A DNA stretch of 64,000 bases, from NCBI GenBank assembly GCA_028714095.1, contig JAQTMY010000002.1, positions 14,636-78,635 of the forward strand, in the 5' to 3' direction. The notes beneath the pieces are model-generated. The model was not told where the DNA came from. It saw only the letters and a program-made list of their open reading frames with translations, and did not search any database. This stretch comes from Candidatus Nanoarchaeia archaeon (GTDB taxonomy: Archaea; Nanobdellota; Nanobdellia; SCGC-AAA011-G17; JACPNG01). Positions 40,537 to 49,513 of this stretch are shown piece after piece (the stretch's first letter is position 1; every line of letters begins with the position of its first letter). The position numbers and the translations under genes are program-made.

Positions 40537-41776
40537 GGTTTATTGCATATCTTTTTGCATCAGCCTCGTTAATTGCGATAGGAACCAATTCTTCTAGGTA
40601 ACGGAAAGGAGTGTTTGCTCCATTGTTATATCCGTTTGTGAGCCCTAACTCACATTTTTTTAGTACATTTGAGAGAATCTTTGCTGATCTCCTTTTCTCA
40701 TTAACAAAATCATATTCCTTATTGAAATAAACTCCCACCCTTGCCCAAACTTCTTCCTTGCTCATAAACTTACTGTCAAAACAAATATATTTTCCGTTGA
40801 GGCTCACAAATGGATGAACATATTTGCCCTCTCCAAGGACTTGTGGGATTGCAATTATCCTAAAACTCCTTCCTAGGTTTTCTATTGCAGTTCCAACCTT
40901 TACTTTATCGAATGCATAATATTTACCATTTTTTTTCATAATAAAAGAATTAACATAAAGGAAAATGCCATAGACTCCTTCTATACTAGTTTTTTCAAAT
41001 CCAATATCCTTTATCCTTGCAGACCCTCCCTGACGATAGGAGTTTTGCATATCCGCAAGTTTTTCCAGACCATCCAAGGTTTCTTTCTGATTAATTAGAA
41101 TTCCCTCTAGGTTTTCTGCAACATTATTGATTTTTTTATCAATAAGTTCTTTCAATCTTAATAGATACTTGTTTTCAATTTCATCATACCTTCCTTTCAG
41201 TCTTGGAACAAATTTATAATTCCCAAAAAATAGTTTGTCTGGGCTTCCCTCGTTGCTAGTCTCAAGACTATAATAATTATTGTCTATAAAAAGAGAATTT
41301 CCTGCAATCTCGCCAAGAATTGATTTATTTGGTTTTAAGTCTTCTAATCTTAAGGAAACCCCATCTAATTTAAAATTATTTGAGATATTATTAATGTTAA
41401 AATCTCTGCTATAATAAGCATTTAGGACATCGATCATAAGAAAACTTTCAATATCTCCGCTCGGATTTATTATTGAACGTTTAAGATTATCCATCAAAAT
41501 AGTGGATCTTTTAAGGTGAGACAAATATTTTTTATCAAGTTCATCCGAAACATAAGTTTCTAAATAATTTCTGTTCTTTTCCAGGAACTCTTGCTCTAGT
41601 TTTTCTAGTTCTTCTGATTGTTCAAGGAATAATCTTTTCGTGCCAAGATATAACACATTCTTTGAATCTGATTTTGTTTCTAGTGTATGAAGCCTGTTTT
41701 CAATTATTGCAAATGGGCTGTTTGTGGATTTAAAATAAAATAAAAAAGTTTTAGGGCCTTTATGAAGGTCTAACAT
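40493..41776 (-). CDS. Hypothetical protein with a C-terminal UBC/E2-like motif
   Basis: Residues ~321-345 read HPFVSLNGKYICFDSKFMSKEEVWARV, against the E2 consensus HPN[IV]xxxGxICLDIL...W. It overlaps the E1-like gene. Confidence 0.4.
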   Translation of the reverse strand: MLDLHKGPKTFLFYFKSTNSPFAIIENRLHTLETKSDSKNVLYLGTKRLFLEQSEELEKLEQEFLEKNRNYLETYVSDELDKKYLSHLKRSTILMDNLKRSIINPSGDIESFLMIDVLNAYYSRDFNINNISNNFKLDGVSLRLEDLKPNKSILGEIAGNSLFIDNNYYSLETSNEGSPDKLFFGNYKFVPRLKGRYDEIENKYLLRLKELIDKKINNVAENLEGILINQKETLDGLEKLADMQNSYRQGGSARIKDIGFEKTSIEGVYGIFLYVNSFIMKKNGKYYAFDKVKVGTAIENLGRSFRIIAIPQVLGEGKYVHPFVSLNGKYICFDSKFMSKEEVWARVGVYFNKEYDFVNEKRRSAKILSNVLKKCELGLTNGYNNGANTPFRYLEELVPIAINEADAKRYAINHGISEWRIFDNDRN

Positions 41777-41777
41777 C

Positions 41778-42218
41778 TTAAGGTAGATAACTGTCTAAAT
41801 GTTTTGACCCCAATCCCAGATCATAACTTGCTTCTAATGAAATGAGATTATATACCTTCATGCATCCATCCTCTTGTCTGTCACTTTTTTCTTCAACTAT
41901 GTTTTCGTAAGAGGATACTATTTTTCCTAAGTCCACTGGAATAAGGTCTGCCCCAGAATCACTATGGATCTTTGCCCTTAAATTGATAGTTCCTTTACCC
42001 TTTTCTACACCATCGAACCAGGATTTTATATTATCAGCAATTTCTTTTTCTCCTTGATCATAAGGGGGGTTTGTTCCATCTGCATTATGGTCTAATAATT
42101 TGTCAACAACCTGCTTAAAGGTCCATTCTAATGAGTCTCCTGGAAGGACCTTTGTTAAACAATCTCTGCTTGGCCCTATCTGTGCTATCGGATCAAGCTG
42201 GTATCGTATTGGTTTCAT
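41778..42218 (-). CDS. Hypothetical 146-aa protein, first gene of the E2/E1 operon
   Basis: ORF only. It lies 2 nt upstream of the E2-like gene. Confidence 0.3.
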   Translation of the reverse strand: MKPIRYQLDPIAQIGPSRDCLTKVLPGDSLEWTFKQVVDKLLDHNADGTNPPYDQGEKEIADNIKSWFDGVEKGKGTINLRAKIHSDSGADLIPVDLGKIVSSYENIVEEKSDRQEDGCMKVYNLISLEASYDLGLGSKHLDSYLP

Positions 42219-42373
42219 TTTAACCTCCTTAATTTTTATTTAAGAAGAAAAAATTCTTAATAAGAACTATCTAAACTATAGGAAAATTCTTTCAGTCTAA
42301 CCTGAAAAAACAGCTAAAAATTAAATATATCCCAGAAGAAAATCTTTTAAACAAAAAGCACTCTTACTTAATA

Positions 42374-43009
42374 ATGAAAAAAGAGGTAATATTTATTGTA
42401 TGTGCCCATTCTGATGATGAGGCTGCAGGAATGGGTGGAACCATCTTCAAATATATTGATGAAAACAAACAATTAATTAAGATAATTTTTTCTTTTGGTG
42501 AGCAGTCCCATCCCCACTTAAAGGAAGAGCATACTAAGAGAGTAAGGATAAATGAGACAATAAAGCTCGAGAAAAAATTGGGTATAAAAACTTATTTTCT
42601 AGGTATAAAGGATTTTAAGATTAAAGAAGAGATTAGCAGTATAAAATTAAAGGATAAATTAGGTAATCTAATAAAAAAATATAAGCCAAAACAGATTTTC
42701 ATGACCTCTTTAAATGATATACACAGAGATCACAGGGCTGTGGCAAAAATAACCTTGGATACAGCCAAAAAAATAGGTTATGATGGTGAAATTTATACAT
42801 ATGAAGTCTGGGCTCCAAGAAAAGAAAACAGGCCACATATCTATGTTGATATCTCAAAGTATCAGAATAAAAAAGCTAATTTATTAAAATCTTTTGTAAG
42901 CCAGAGATTTTATACCTACCCCCTGCTTCTACTCTATTTGATAAAATCCAGGTTTTATGGTAAAAAGATTAATGCAAAGTTTGCAGAGAGGTTTTATAAG
43001 ATACAATGA
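42374..43009 (+). CDS. PIG-L/LmbE family deacetylase
   Basis: VCAHSDDEAAGMGG (HxDDE motif). Confidence 0.75.
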   Translation: MKKEVIFIVCAHSDDEAAGMGGTIFKYIDENKQLIKIIFSFGEQSHPHLKEEHTKRVRINETIKLEKKLGIKTYFLGIKDFKIKEEISSIKLKDKLGNLIKKYKPKQIFMTSLNDIHRDHRAVAKITLDTAKKIGYDGEIYTYEVWAPRKENRPHIYVDISKYQNKKANLLKSFVSQRFYTYPLLLLYLIKSRFYGKKINAKFAERFYKIQ

Positions 43010-44064
43010 AAATTTTGTTTATAGTTACAGGCTTTGGGTATGGGGATTCTGTCAGGATAAATTCGATTATCGACGAAATTAAAAGATTAAAACCAGGTTC
43101 AAAATTCCTTATTTTAGGGTATTCAAGTTCCTATGATTATTTTAACCCAAAATATCCTACCTTGAAAATTAAAGGATATAAATTCCCAGATAGAGATATG
43201 AAGTTTAGTGCTTCCAAATTTTTAATTAAGAATTTTTATTTGCCAACAAGATGGTTTGGAAGTTTCAAAAAACATAGGAGAACAATAATCAATTTTGATC
43301 CAGACGTTGTTGTGTCTGATTTTGAGCCTCTTGGAGTGATTATTGCCAGAAAACTGGGAATAAGATGCATTTCCATATTTGGATTTAACCCAAGAGTATA
43401 TGAAAACTATCCTCATAAGAATATGATCACAAACATACAGGCAAAATATCTGTCAAAGCATTATGAAGAATCTGATTTAGTTATTATTCCTTCATTCGTA
43501 AAGCAAAAAAATTCAGCCAACTTAATTTATGTAAACCCCATTGTAAGAAAATATAAACTCAAAGACTCAAAAAAAATATTAAAAGAATTAAAATTAACTA
43601 AAAAACCATTATTGGTTATGCTTGGAGGTTCTAATTATGGGATAAAATTGGCAAAGGAGATTGGGAGAATAAATCAAAAACTTAAGCAGGAAATAATTAT
43701 GTTTGGGGGGAAAGAGCAAATTCCTTATCTCCATTACGTTAAGTTCAAGGAAAATTTTCTAGATTATCTTAATGTAAGTTCTGGAGTCATAACCTTGGCA
43801 GGAAATTTAACTTTGTCAGAATGTCTGTCTTTTAAAAAACCCGCATTGGTTTTTCCAATCAAAAACCACGTTGAACAGTTAATGAATGCTCATTCACTTA
43901 AAGATATTTTCCAGATTGAATATAACCTAAATAATCTTGAGAAAGCAATGAGAACCTTTATAAGAAATAAGGATAAGATAAGCAATAAACTAAAAAATAT
44001 AAATATTAGGCCGGTTGGTGCCACTGAAGCAGCAAAAATAATATTAAAAGAGGTGAAAAGATGA
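43006..44064 (+). CDS. Glycosyltransferase (GT28/MurG-like, GT-B fold)
   Basis: N-terminal ILFIVTGFGYGDSVR and a C-terminal GT-B domain. Confidence 0.65.
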   Translation: MKILFIVTGFGYGDSVRINSIIDEIKRLKPGSKFLILGYSSSYDYFNPKYPTLKIKGYKFPDRDMKFSASKFLIKNFYLPTRWFGSFKKHRRTIINFDPDVVVSDFEPLGVIIARKLGIRCISIFGFNPRVYENYPHKNMITNIQAKYLSKHYEESDLVIIPSFVKQKNSANLIYVNPIVRKYKLKDSKKILKELKLTKKPLLVMLGGSNYGIKLAKEIGRINQKLKQEIIMFGGKEQIPYLHYVKFKENFLDYLNVSSGVITLAGNLTLSECLSFKKPALVFPIKNHVEQLMNAHSLKDIFQIEYNLNNLEKAMRTFIRNKDKISNKLKNINIRPVGATEAAKIILKEVKR

Positions 44065-44636
44065 AAAAAATAATCTTAATTTTGTTTTTAATAATTCCTT
44101 TAGTTGTTGCTCAGGAAGAATATTATTTCACTGAGGATACAGAGGATGATTATATTTTCTCTGAGGATAATGTAAATGAAGAAGATCTTGCCTACGATGA
44201 AACATTTGATTCTGAAGAATCTCTAGAAGGTCCAAGCTATAGCCAAGAAGATGGATTGGTTGGCGAAGGTTCTGCAGATGAACAACTTTATCAGTCTGAA
44301 TGCCCCGAGGGTTGTTTTTACAATGAAAAATGCTACTCAATCGGAAAACAATTTTTAACAAAAGAATATGGCACCGAAGTTTATTGTAGTGCAGATTGGA
44401 AAATAGTTGATGCAAAAGCTATTAGTTCTGTATGTCAGCAGGATTATGAATGCCTTAGCTATTATTGTAAGGATGGACTTTGTCAGGAAACCTCTATGAA
44501 AACTGCAAGAAAGATTGGTTTTTTGAATATCTTGATGGGGGTATTAGCAATAATCCTTGTTGTTATAATTATTTATGCAGCAAAAAATCTCCGTTTAAGG
44601 ATTAAAAAAGAACCGGAAGAAGAAATTAAAAAATGA
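44061..44636 (+). CDS. Secreted acidic Cys-containing protein with a C-terminal TM anchor
   Basis: A signal peptide, an acidic tract, six Cys, and a C-terminal TM helix plus a basic tail. Confidence 0.45.
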   Translation: MKKIILILFLIIPLVVAQEEYYFTEDTEDDYIFSEDNVNEEDLAYDETFDSEESLEGPSYSQEDGLVGEGSADEQLYQSECPEGCFYNEKCYSIGKQFLTKEYGTEVYCSADWKIVDAKAISSVCQQDYECLSYYCKDGLCQETSMKTARKIGFLNILMGVLAIILVVIIIYAAKNLRLRIKKEPEEEIKK

Positions 44637-45427
44637 AAGAAATCTTATTTTGGTGTGAATTTCCAAAAAAAACTAATTGGGACTTAGTTAATAAAGAAAT
44701 TGATTTCAAGACAGAAATTTATATTGCAGCTCAGTCTTTAGAAGAGTTTCTAAGATATAAAAACAAAATAAAAAATAAAAATATTAAGGTTGGGGTCTGG
44801 CCAACACTTTCTAAAGAAGAAGGTTATTGGTTTTCTGGCTTTACAGATAAGAAATTAATTAATAAATTAGATGATTTCAAGGAATTTAATATTAAGATAG
44901 ATTTGGAGCCACCCACCTTCAAGGGAAAATGGACAACAATAAAAGCACTAAGTTATTTTATAAAATATTATGTTAAAAAACCAAAAAATAGAGAATATTT
45001 GGAAAGAAAAATCGAATCTTTAAAAAATAAAAAGATAATACTAAGTCCAACTATTCCTATGTTTTATGTTAAAAAAACAAGTGGTTTGATAGACAATAAA
45101 AGATTTTATTATAATTCGGTTTATCCTATGATATATACCTCTATGGTATCTAGACCCATGAGAGCATTTTTTAGGATGTTTTTCAGGTTTTTCTATGGAA
45201 ACCTAAAAAGAAAACATAATAACACTTATGTTGCACTTGGATGTCTTGACGTAGGGATTTATGGCAATGAAGGAATCTATAAGGATATTAAGGAATTAAA
45301 AAAAGATATGGATTATATGCAGAAATTAAATATAGATAAGATTGTTATTTTTGAAATATCAGGATTGTTTAATAAAAAAGACTATAAAAACTGGTTAAAT
45401 CTTATCAAAAGTTATTTAAGCAAATAA
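44633..45427 (+). CDS. Hypothetical protein (part of the glycosylation cluster)
   Basis: ORF that overlaps its neighbours by 4 nt. Confidence 0.3.
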   Translation: MKEILFWCEFPKKTNWDLVNKEIDFKTEIYIAAQSLEEFLRYKNKIKNKNIKVGVWPTLSKEEGYWFSGFTDKKLINKLDDFKEFNIKIDLEPPTFKGKWTTIKALSYFIKYYVKKPKNREYLERKIESLKNKKIILSPTIPMFYVKKTSGLIDNKRFYYNSVYPMIYTSMVSRPMRAFFRMFFRFFYGNLKRKHNNTYVALGCLDVGIYGNEGIYKDIKELKKDMDYMQKLNIDKIVIFEISGLFNKKDYKNWLNLIKSYLSK

Positions 45428-45442
45428 TCTTTATTTTTAAAA

Positions 45443-45880
45443 ATGGGATCAACTTTAGCAGGAACAAAAACAGACATCTTAGACCAAGATCATCTTAAGA
45501 GCCACACTCCAACAGTGGATATCATCAATGCAGTTTCTAAGAAAGATTGGTTCAAGGCATTATGGTACTCAATTTCACAGGTAGAATATTATTTAAGATC
45601 AAATGTTTTGAAGAATTTAACGAATAATTCTAAAAACCCAGAACTAAAGGTTTATGATGAGATTATGAATAAGACAGAATTCTGGAAAATTATTGAGACA
45701 GCAGAGAAGATGAAGATAATTGACAAAGAAGAAAAAGATTTGTTGGATTATATAAGGTTGGTAAGAAATGACCTTGCCCATTGTTTTTATCTCGTCTATA
45801 ACCAGAACATAAACGAGAAAGAAGCAAGGGAAGTTATTGGAGATATTTTAAAAATAATTAATAAATTAAATAAAAACTAG
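45443..45880 (+). CDS. HEPN-motif protein (R-x4-H)
   Basis: LVRNDLAHCFY lies near the C-terminus. Confidence 0.35.
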   Translation: MGSTLAGTKTDILDQDHLKSHTPTVDIINAVSKKDWFKALWYSISQVEYYLRSNVLKNLTNNSKNPELKVYDEIMNKTEFWKIIETAEKMKIIDKEEKDLLDYIRLVRNDLAHCFYLVYNQNINEKEAREVIGDILKIINKLNKN

Positions 45881-45888
45881 AGGATTTA

Positions 45889-46692
45889 TTATTTTTTAGC
45901 TTGTTTCCAAACTTCATTAAAATAGTTTGTATAGTTTTCCGCAATATCTTTATCATGTATTAAGATTGCTATTGGTTTTTTCCCACTCCAAGTTACTTCA
46001 AGAACTTTATCTTGATAAATATCTATATTCCCAGGCAAGGGGAAGTTTACATAGCGAGCATCAAGAAATGAAGAAGTCTTTTTAGTATACTCTGATTTTG
46101 CCCATTCTTTTGTCCCTATCCCTTTGAATTTAATTCCTATTTTTTTATAAAATGGAGCTTGTCCAAGATAAAATTCATCAACGAAACTAGAATATTCTTT
46201 TTTTCTTACATAAAAAAATAGTCCCGTACCCTCTTTTTTATGTTTTTCATACATTTTTTCATAGGCCGTAGTTAACCCCTTGATACCAACAAAAATTTCT
46301 GCTTCTTGTTTCTCCTCTATGAATTTAGTATATTCTTCTAACTCTGGTAAAAGATTCTTTAATCTCTCCTTGTTCTTTTCTATTTCAGCTTCTTGTATAT
46401 CTAAAAACCTATACAACATCTCAGGTTTAACTGCCTGAAAATATCTTGTTTTTGCCTTTATTATAAAACTTACAATCCCCTTGTCAATTAGTCTCTGCAA
46501 AACTTCATAAATTTTAGAATAAGAAATGCCCGATATTTTAGTTATAGGTCCGACTGTAGAGGATCCCGTCTTTAGCATCGCTAAATAAACTTTAGCTTCT
46601 CCTGATGTTAATCCTAAACTTTGAAGATCTTGTTCTATCATAGCATTAGGATATAAAGTTATTATATAAACTTTTCTATTATATACCCCCAT
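45889..46692 (-). CDS. TrmB-family transcriptional regulator
   Basis: The N-terminal wHTH is LGLTSGEAKVYLAMLKTGSSTVGPITKISGISYSKIYEVLQRLIDKGIV. Confidence 0.7.
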   Translation of the reverse strand: MGVYNRKVYIITLYPNAMIEQDLQSLGLTSGEAKVYLAMLKTGSSTVGPITKISGISYSKIYEVLQRLIDKGIVSFIIKAKTRYFQAVKPEMLYRFLDIQEAEIEKNKERLKNLLPELEEYTKFIEEKQEAEIFVGIKGLTTAYEKMYEKHKKEGTGLFFYVRKKEYSSFVDEFYLGQAPFYKKIGIKFKGIGTKEWAKSEYTKKTSSFLDARYVNFPLPGNIDIYQDKVLEVTWSGKKPIAILIHDKDIAENYTNYFNEVWKQAKK

Positions 46693-46721
46693 AAGGGGAG
46701 ATTATATTTATAAATTAAGAG

Positions 46722-47402
46722 GTGGAGGGGGAGGTTATGGAAGAAACAGATAGCATATCTAATTTAAAGTATAGGATGGACGGGAAATTTAAAATGCCCT
46801 GTAAATTAGCAGATGGGACTCTGCAAAAAAATTTTACATTATACTTATTTAGTTTCTTAAGAGATAACAAGTATATTGGACCAGAAGAACATTTTCATGT
46901 TTTAGTTTTGGGAAATATCCAAGGAAAAGACAATGTTTTGACCAGGATTGAATCTGCATGCACATATGCTCATTTATATGGCTCTCAATTATGTGATTGC
47001 CAATTTCAACTTCAAGAAGCTTTAATTAAAATCTCTAAAAATCAGTCAGGCATTTACATCTACTGTTTAGATCAACATGGAAGAGGTACGGGAATAGTTA
47101 ACCATGTAAAAGTTTATCAGGCAGAACAAGAATTAGGATTAGATACAGTCCAGGCACATTTAAAATTTAGTTTACCAGCTGATGCTAGAAATTATGAACC
47201 AATAATTACAATACTTAATTACTTTAATGTAAAGGGGATAAAATTGATGACTAACAACCCCAAGAGATTAGATTTTTTTAGAAAGTATAATATTCCTGTG
47301 GAAAGAATTCCACATCAAGGACCTTTGAATTCTTTTAATAAAAATGAATTAAAGATTAAAAAAGAAAAATTAGGTCATTTATATGCTTATGAGTTTAAAT
47401 AA
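46722..47402 (+). CDS. ribA: GTP cyclohydrolase II (RibA-like)
   Basis: RIESACTYAHLYGSQLCDCQFQL, LMTNNPKRL...ERIP and KKEKLGHL align with RibA motifs. Confidence 0.7.
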   Translation: MEGEVMEETDSISNLKYRMDGKFKMPCKLADGTLQKNFTLYLFSFLRDNKYIGPEEHFHVLVLGNIQGKDNVLTRIESACTYAHLYGSQLCDCQFQLQEALIKISKNQSGIYIYCLDQHGRGTGIVNHVKVYQAEQELGLDTVQAHLKFSLPADARNYEPIITILNYFNVKGIKLMTNNPKRLDFFRKYNIPVERIPHQGPLNSFNKNELKIKKEKLGHLYAYEFK

Positions 47403-48723
47403 AATGAAATATCAAATTGCTGTTCTTGGAACACATCAAAGTCAACTATTGGAAGAAATCTATAGGATTTCAAAAGATGTTGGAAAGGAAATTGCTTTAA
47501 AAGGACATATTCTAATAACGGGAGTATCGACAGGAGTTTCACAAAATGCAGCTATCGGAGCAAAAACTAATAAAGGGATAGTTATTGGGATTTCTCCAAA
47601 TAATAAAGATGAATTTTCAGAATCTATAAGATTAAATAATCATGATTTTGTTATAAAAACGGGATTAGGGTATAAGTTTAGGAATATTTTGACAATTAGA
47701 AACTCAGATGGAATAATTGTAATTAATGGTAGTTTTGGAACCTTAAACGAAGTAACTATCGCAGTTGAAGAAAATAAACCCATTGTGATTATAGAGAATA
47801 CTGGTGGTTGTTCAAATCTAATTAAAGAAATATTTGAGAAATTGAATCCAGAATATAGTTATATAAGATATGTAAATAATGCGAGTGATGCAGTTAATGG
47901 TTTGTTAGAGATGTTAGACTCAAAAATTGATGTTTCTTATATTGATGGATTAACTGATTTTTTTGAAAATTCCAATGAAAATGAAGTGAATTCCAAACAA
48001 TTTTATGAAACCGCTAGAGATATTTTTCAAAAAGAGGATCTAAAATGGCTAGATGTTGGTACAGGACCCGGGACTAAACTTATTAATATTTTAGAAAAAA
48101 TAAAGAATAGAAATAATATTAGTATAGAGGTTATTGAACCTTCTAAGGTTTGGTTAGACAAATTTTTAAAGAATTTTAGATTATCCGGACTATCTAATCA
48201 TGTTAAAAATATGTATAATTGTATCTGGGAGGAATTTGATATAAACAAAAAGTATGATTTAATTACCTTTTTTCATTCAGTTTATGGTATAAAAACAGAA
48301 TCATTAAAGCGTATCCCAGAAATGCTAGCCGAGAATGGGATTGCATGTATTGTTGTTGAAAGCCATAATTCTGCTTTAAATAAAATTAAAAAATCCCTTT
48401 TTCCATATATTCATCATAAAGAATTAATGTCCTCTTCTAAAGAGATTATTGAAATTTTAGAAAAGTATAAAATTAATTATAAAGTTGAAGAAAGTAAAGA
48501 GGATCAGAGATTTTATGTAGATAATTTATTAAATAAAGAGGATAAAACTCAGATTAGGTTATTATCTTTTATATTACAAACAAAAATTAAAGATCATAAA
48601 AAATTAATCTCTAAGGAAGTTACTGATAAACTTGAAGCTGAATTAAAAAAATATATAAAAATAGATGGGAATAATAATCAATACATAAGCATCCCTGACA
48701 CCTTTATATGGATTAGTAAATAA
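47383..48723 (+). CDS. Fusion of a LOG/TIGR00725-like Rossmann domain with a class I SAM-dependent methyltransferase
   Basis: N-terminal ITGVSTGVSQNAA...INGSFGTLNEV is the LOG GGxGTxxE motif. C-terminal WLDVGTGPGT is methyltransferase motif I. Confidence 0.55.
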   Translation: MLMSLNKMKYQIAVLGTHQSQLLEEIYRISKDVGKEIALKGHILITGVSTGVSQNAAIGAKTNKGIVIGISPNNKDEFSESIRLNNHDFVIKTGLGYKFRNILTIRNSDGIIVINGSFGTLNEVTIAVEENKPIVIIENTGGCSNLIKEIFEKLNPEYSYIRYVNNASDAVNGLLEMLDSKIDVSYIDGLTDFFENSNENEVNSKQFYETARDIFQKEDLKWLDVGTGPGTKLINILEKIKNRNNISIEVIEPSKVWLDKFLKNFRLSGLSNHVKNMYNCIWEEFDINKKYDLITFFHSVYGIKTESLKRIPEMLAENGIACIVVESHNSALNKIKKSLFPYIHHKELMSSSKEIIEILEKYKINYKVEESKEDQRFYVDNLLNKEDKTQIRLLSFILQTKIKDHKKLISKEVTDKLEAELKKYIKIDGNNNQYISIPDTFIWISK

Positions 48724-48763
48724 ATATCAAAAACTCTATAAATACCTTCTTCTTTATTTCTTT

Positions 48764-49513
48764 ATGTTTATTCATAACTTAGACCCAGTATTACTGACAA
48801 TCTTTGGTTTAGAGGTAAGATACTATGGTTTAATTTATGTTATCTCCTTTATCATTGCTTATTTTCTGTTGAAGAAATTATCAAAAGAAAATGATCTTAA
48901 TCTCAAAGTAGATGATTTTTTGTTCTATGTTGTTATAGGAGCAATAATCGGAGCAAGGTTGTTTTATGTTATATTTTACAATTTTTCCTATTTCTGGGCA
49001 AATCCGGTTGAGATTGTAATATTGTGGAGGGGAGGATTATCTTTCCATGGAGGTTTGGTTGGAGCAGTTATTGCCGGTCTAATTTATTCAAAAGTTAAAA
49101 AAATAAATTTCTGGAAGTTGGCAGATATTTCTGTAATACCCTTGGCAATAGGATTATTCCTGGGAAGAATTGGCAACTTCATAAATGGAGAATTATATGG
49201 AAGGATAACTAATGTACCATGGGCAGTTAAATTCCCAAATGCAGAAGGGTATAGGCATCCATCCCAGATATATGAGTCCTTAAAAAATTTATTTATCTTC
49301 TTTATATTATGGTTTAACAGAAAATCCAAACATAAGGCAGGGTTTAATTTTGCGTTATTTATGCTGCTTTACTCTGTTCTAAGGTTTATAATAGAATTTT
49401 TCAGGGCTCCTGACCAAAATATAGGTTTTATTTGTGGTCTTACAATGGGACAACTTTTAAATATACCCTTGTTTTTAATATCATTATACCTCTTAATAAA
49501 GAAAATAAAATGA
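48764..49513 (+). CDS. lgt: Prolipoprotein diacylglyceryl transferase
   Basis: The Lgt signature is GRIGNFINGELYGRITNVPWAVKFP; HGGLVGAVIAG is also present. Confidence 0.8.
   Translation: MFIHNLDPVLLTIFGLEVRYYGLIYVISFIIAYFLLKKLSKENDLNLKVDDFLFYVVIGAIIGARLFYVIFYNFSYFWANPVEIVILWRGGLSFHGGLVGAVIAGLIYSKVKKINFWKLADISVIPLAIGLFLGRIGNFINGELYGRITNVPWAVKFPNAEGYRHPSQIYESLKNLFIFFILWFNRKSKHKAGFNFALFMLLYSVLRFIIEFFRAPDQNIGFICGLTMGQLLNIPLFLISLYLLIKKIK

Noticed and set aside
41778-42218. The 146-aa operon-leading protein as a JAMM deubiquitinase or a Ubl
   Set aside because: It has no HxHx7Sx2D motif and no C-terminal Gly-Gly. It is left as unknown.
49432-49513. Upstream extension of the 215-aa ORF into lgt
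   Set aside because: The extension is in a different frame from the Lgt C-terminus. MNDQIRKD at 49510 gives a 4-nt overlap typical of coupled genes.
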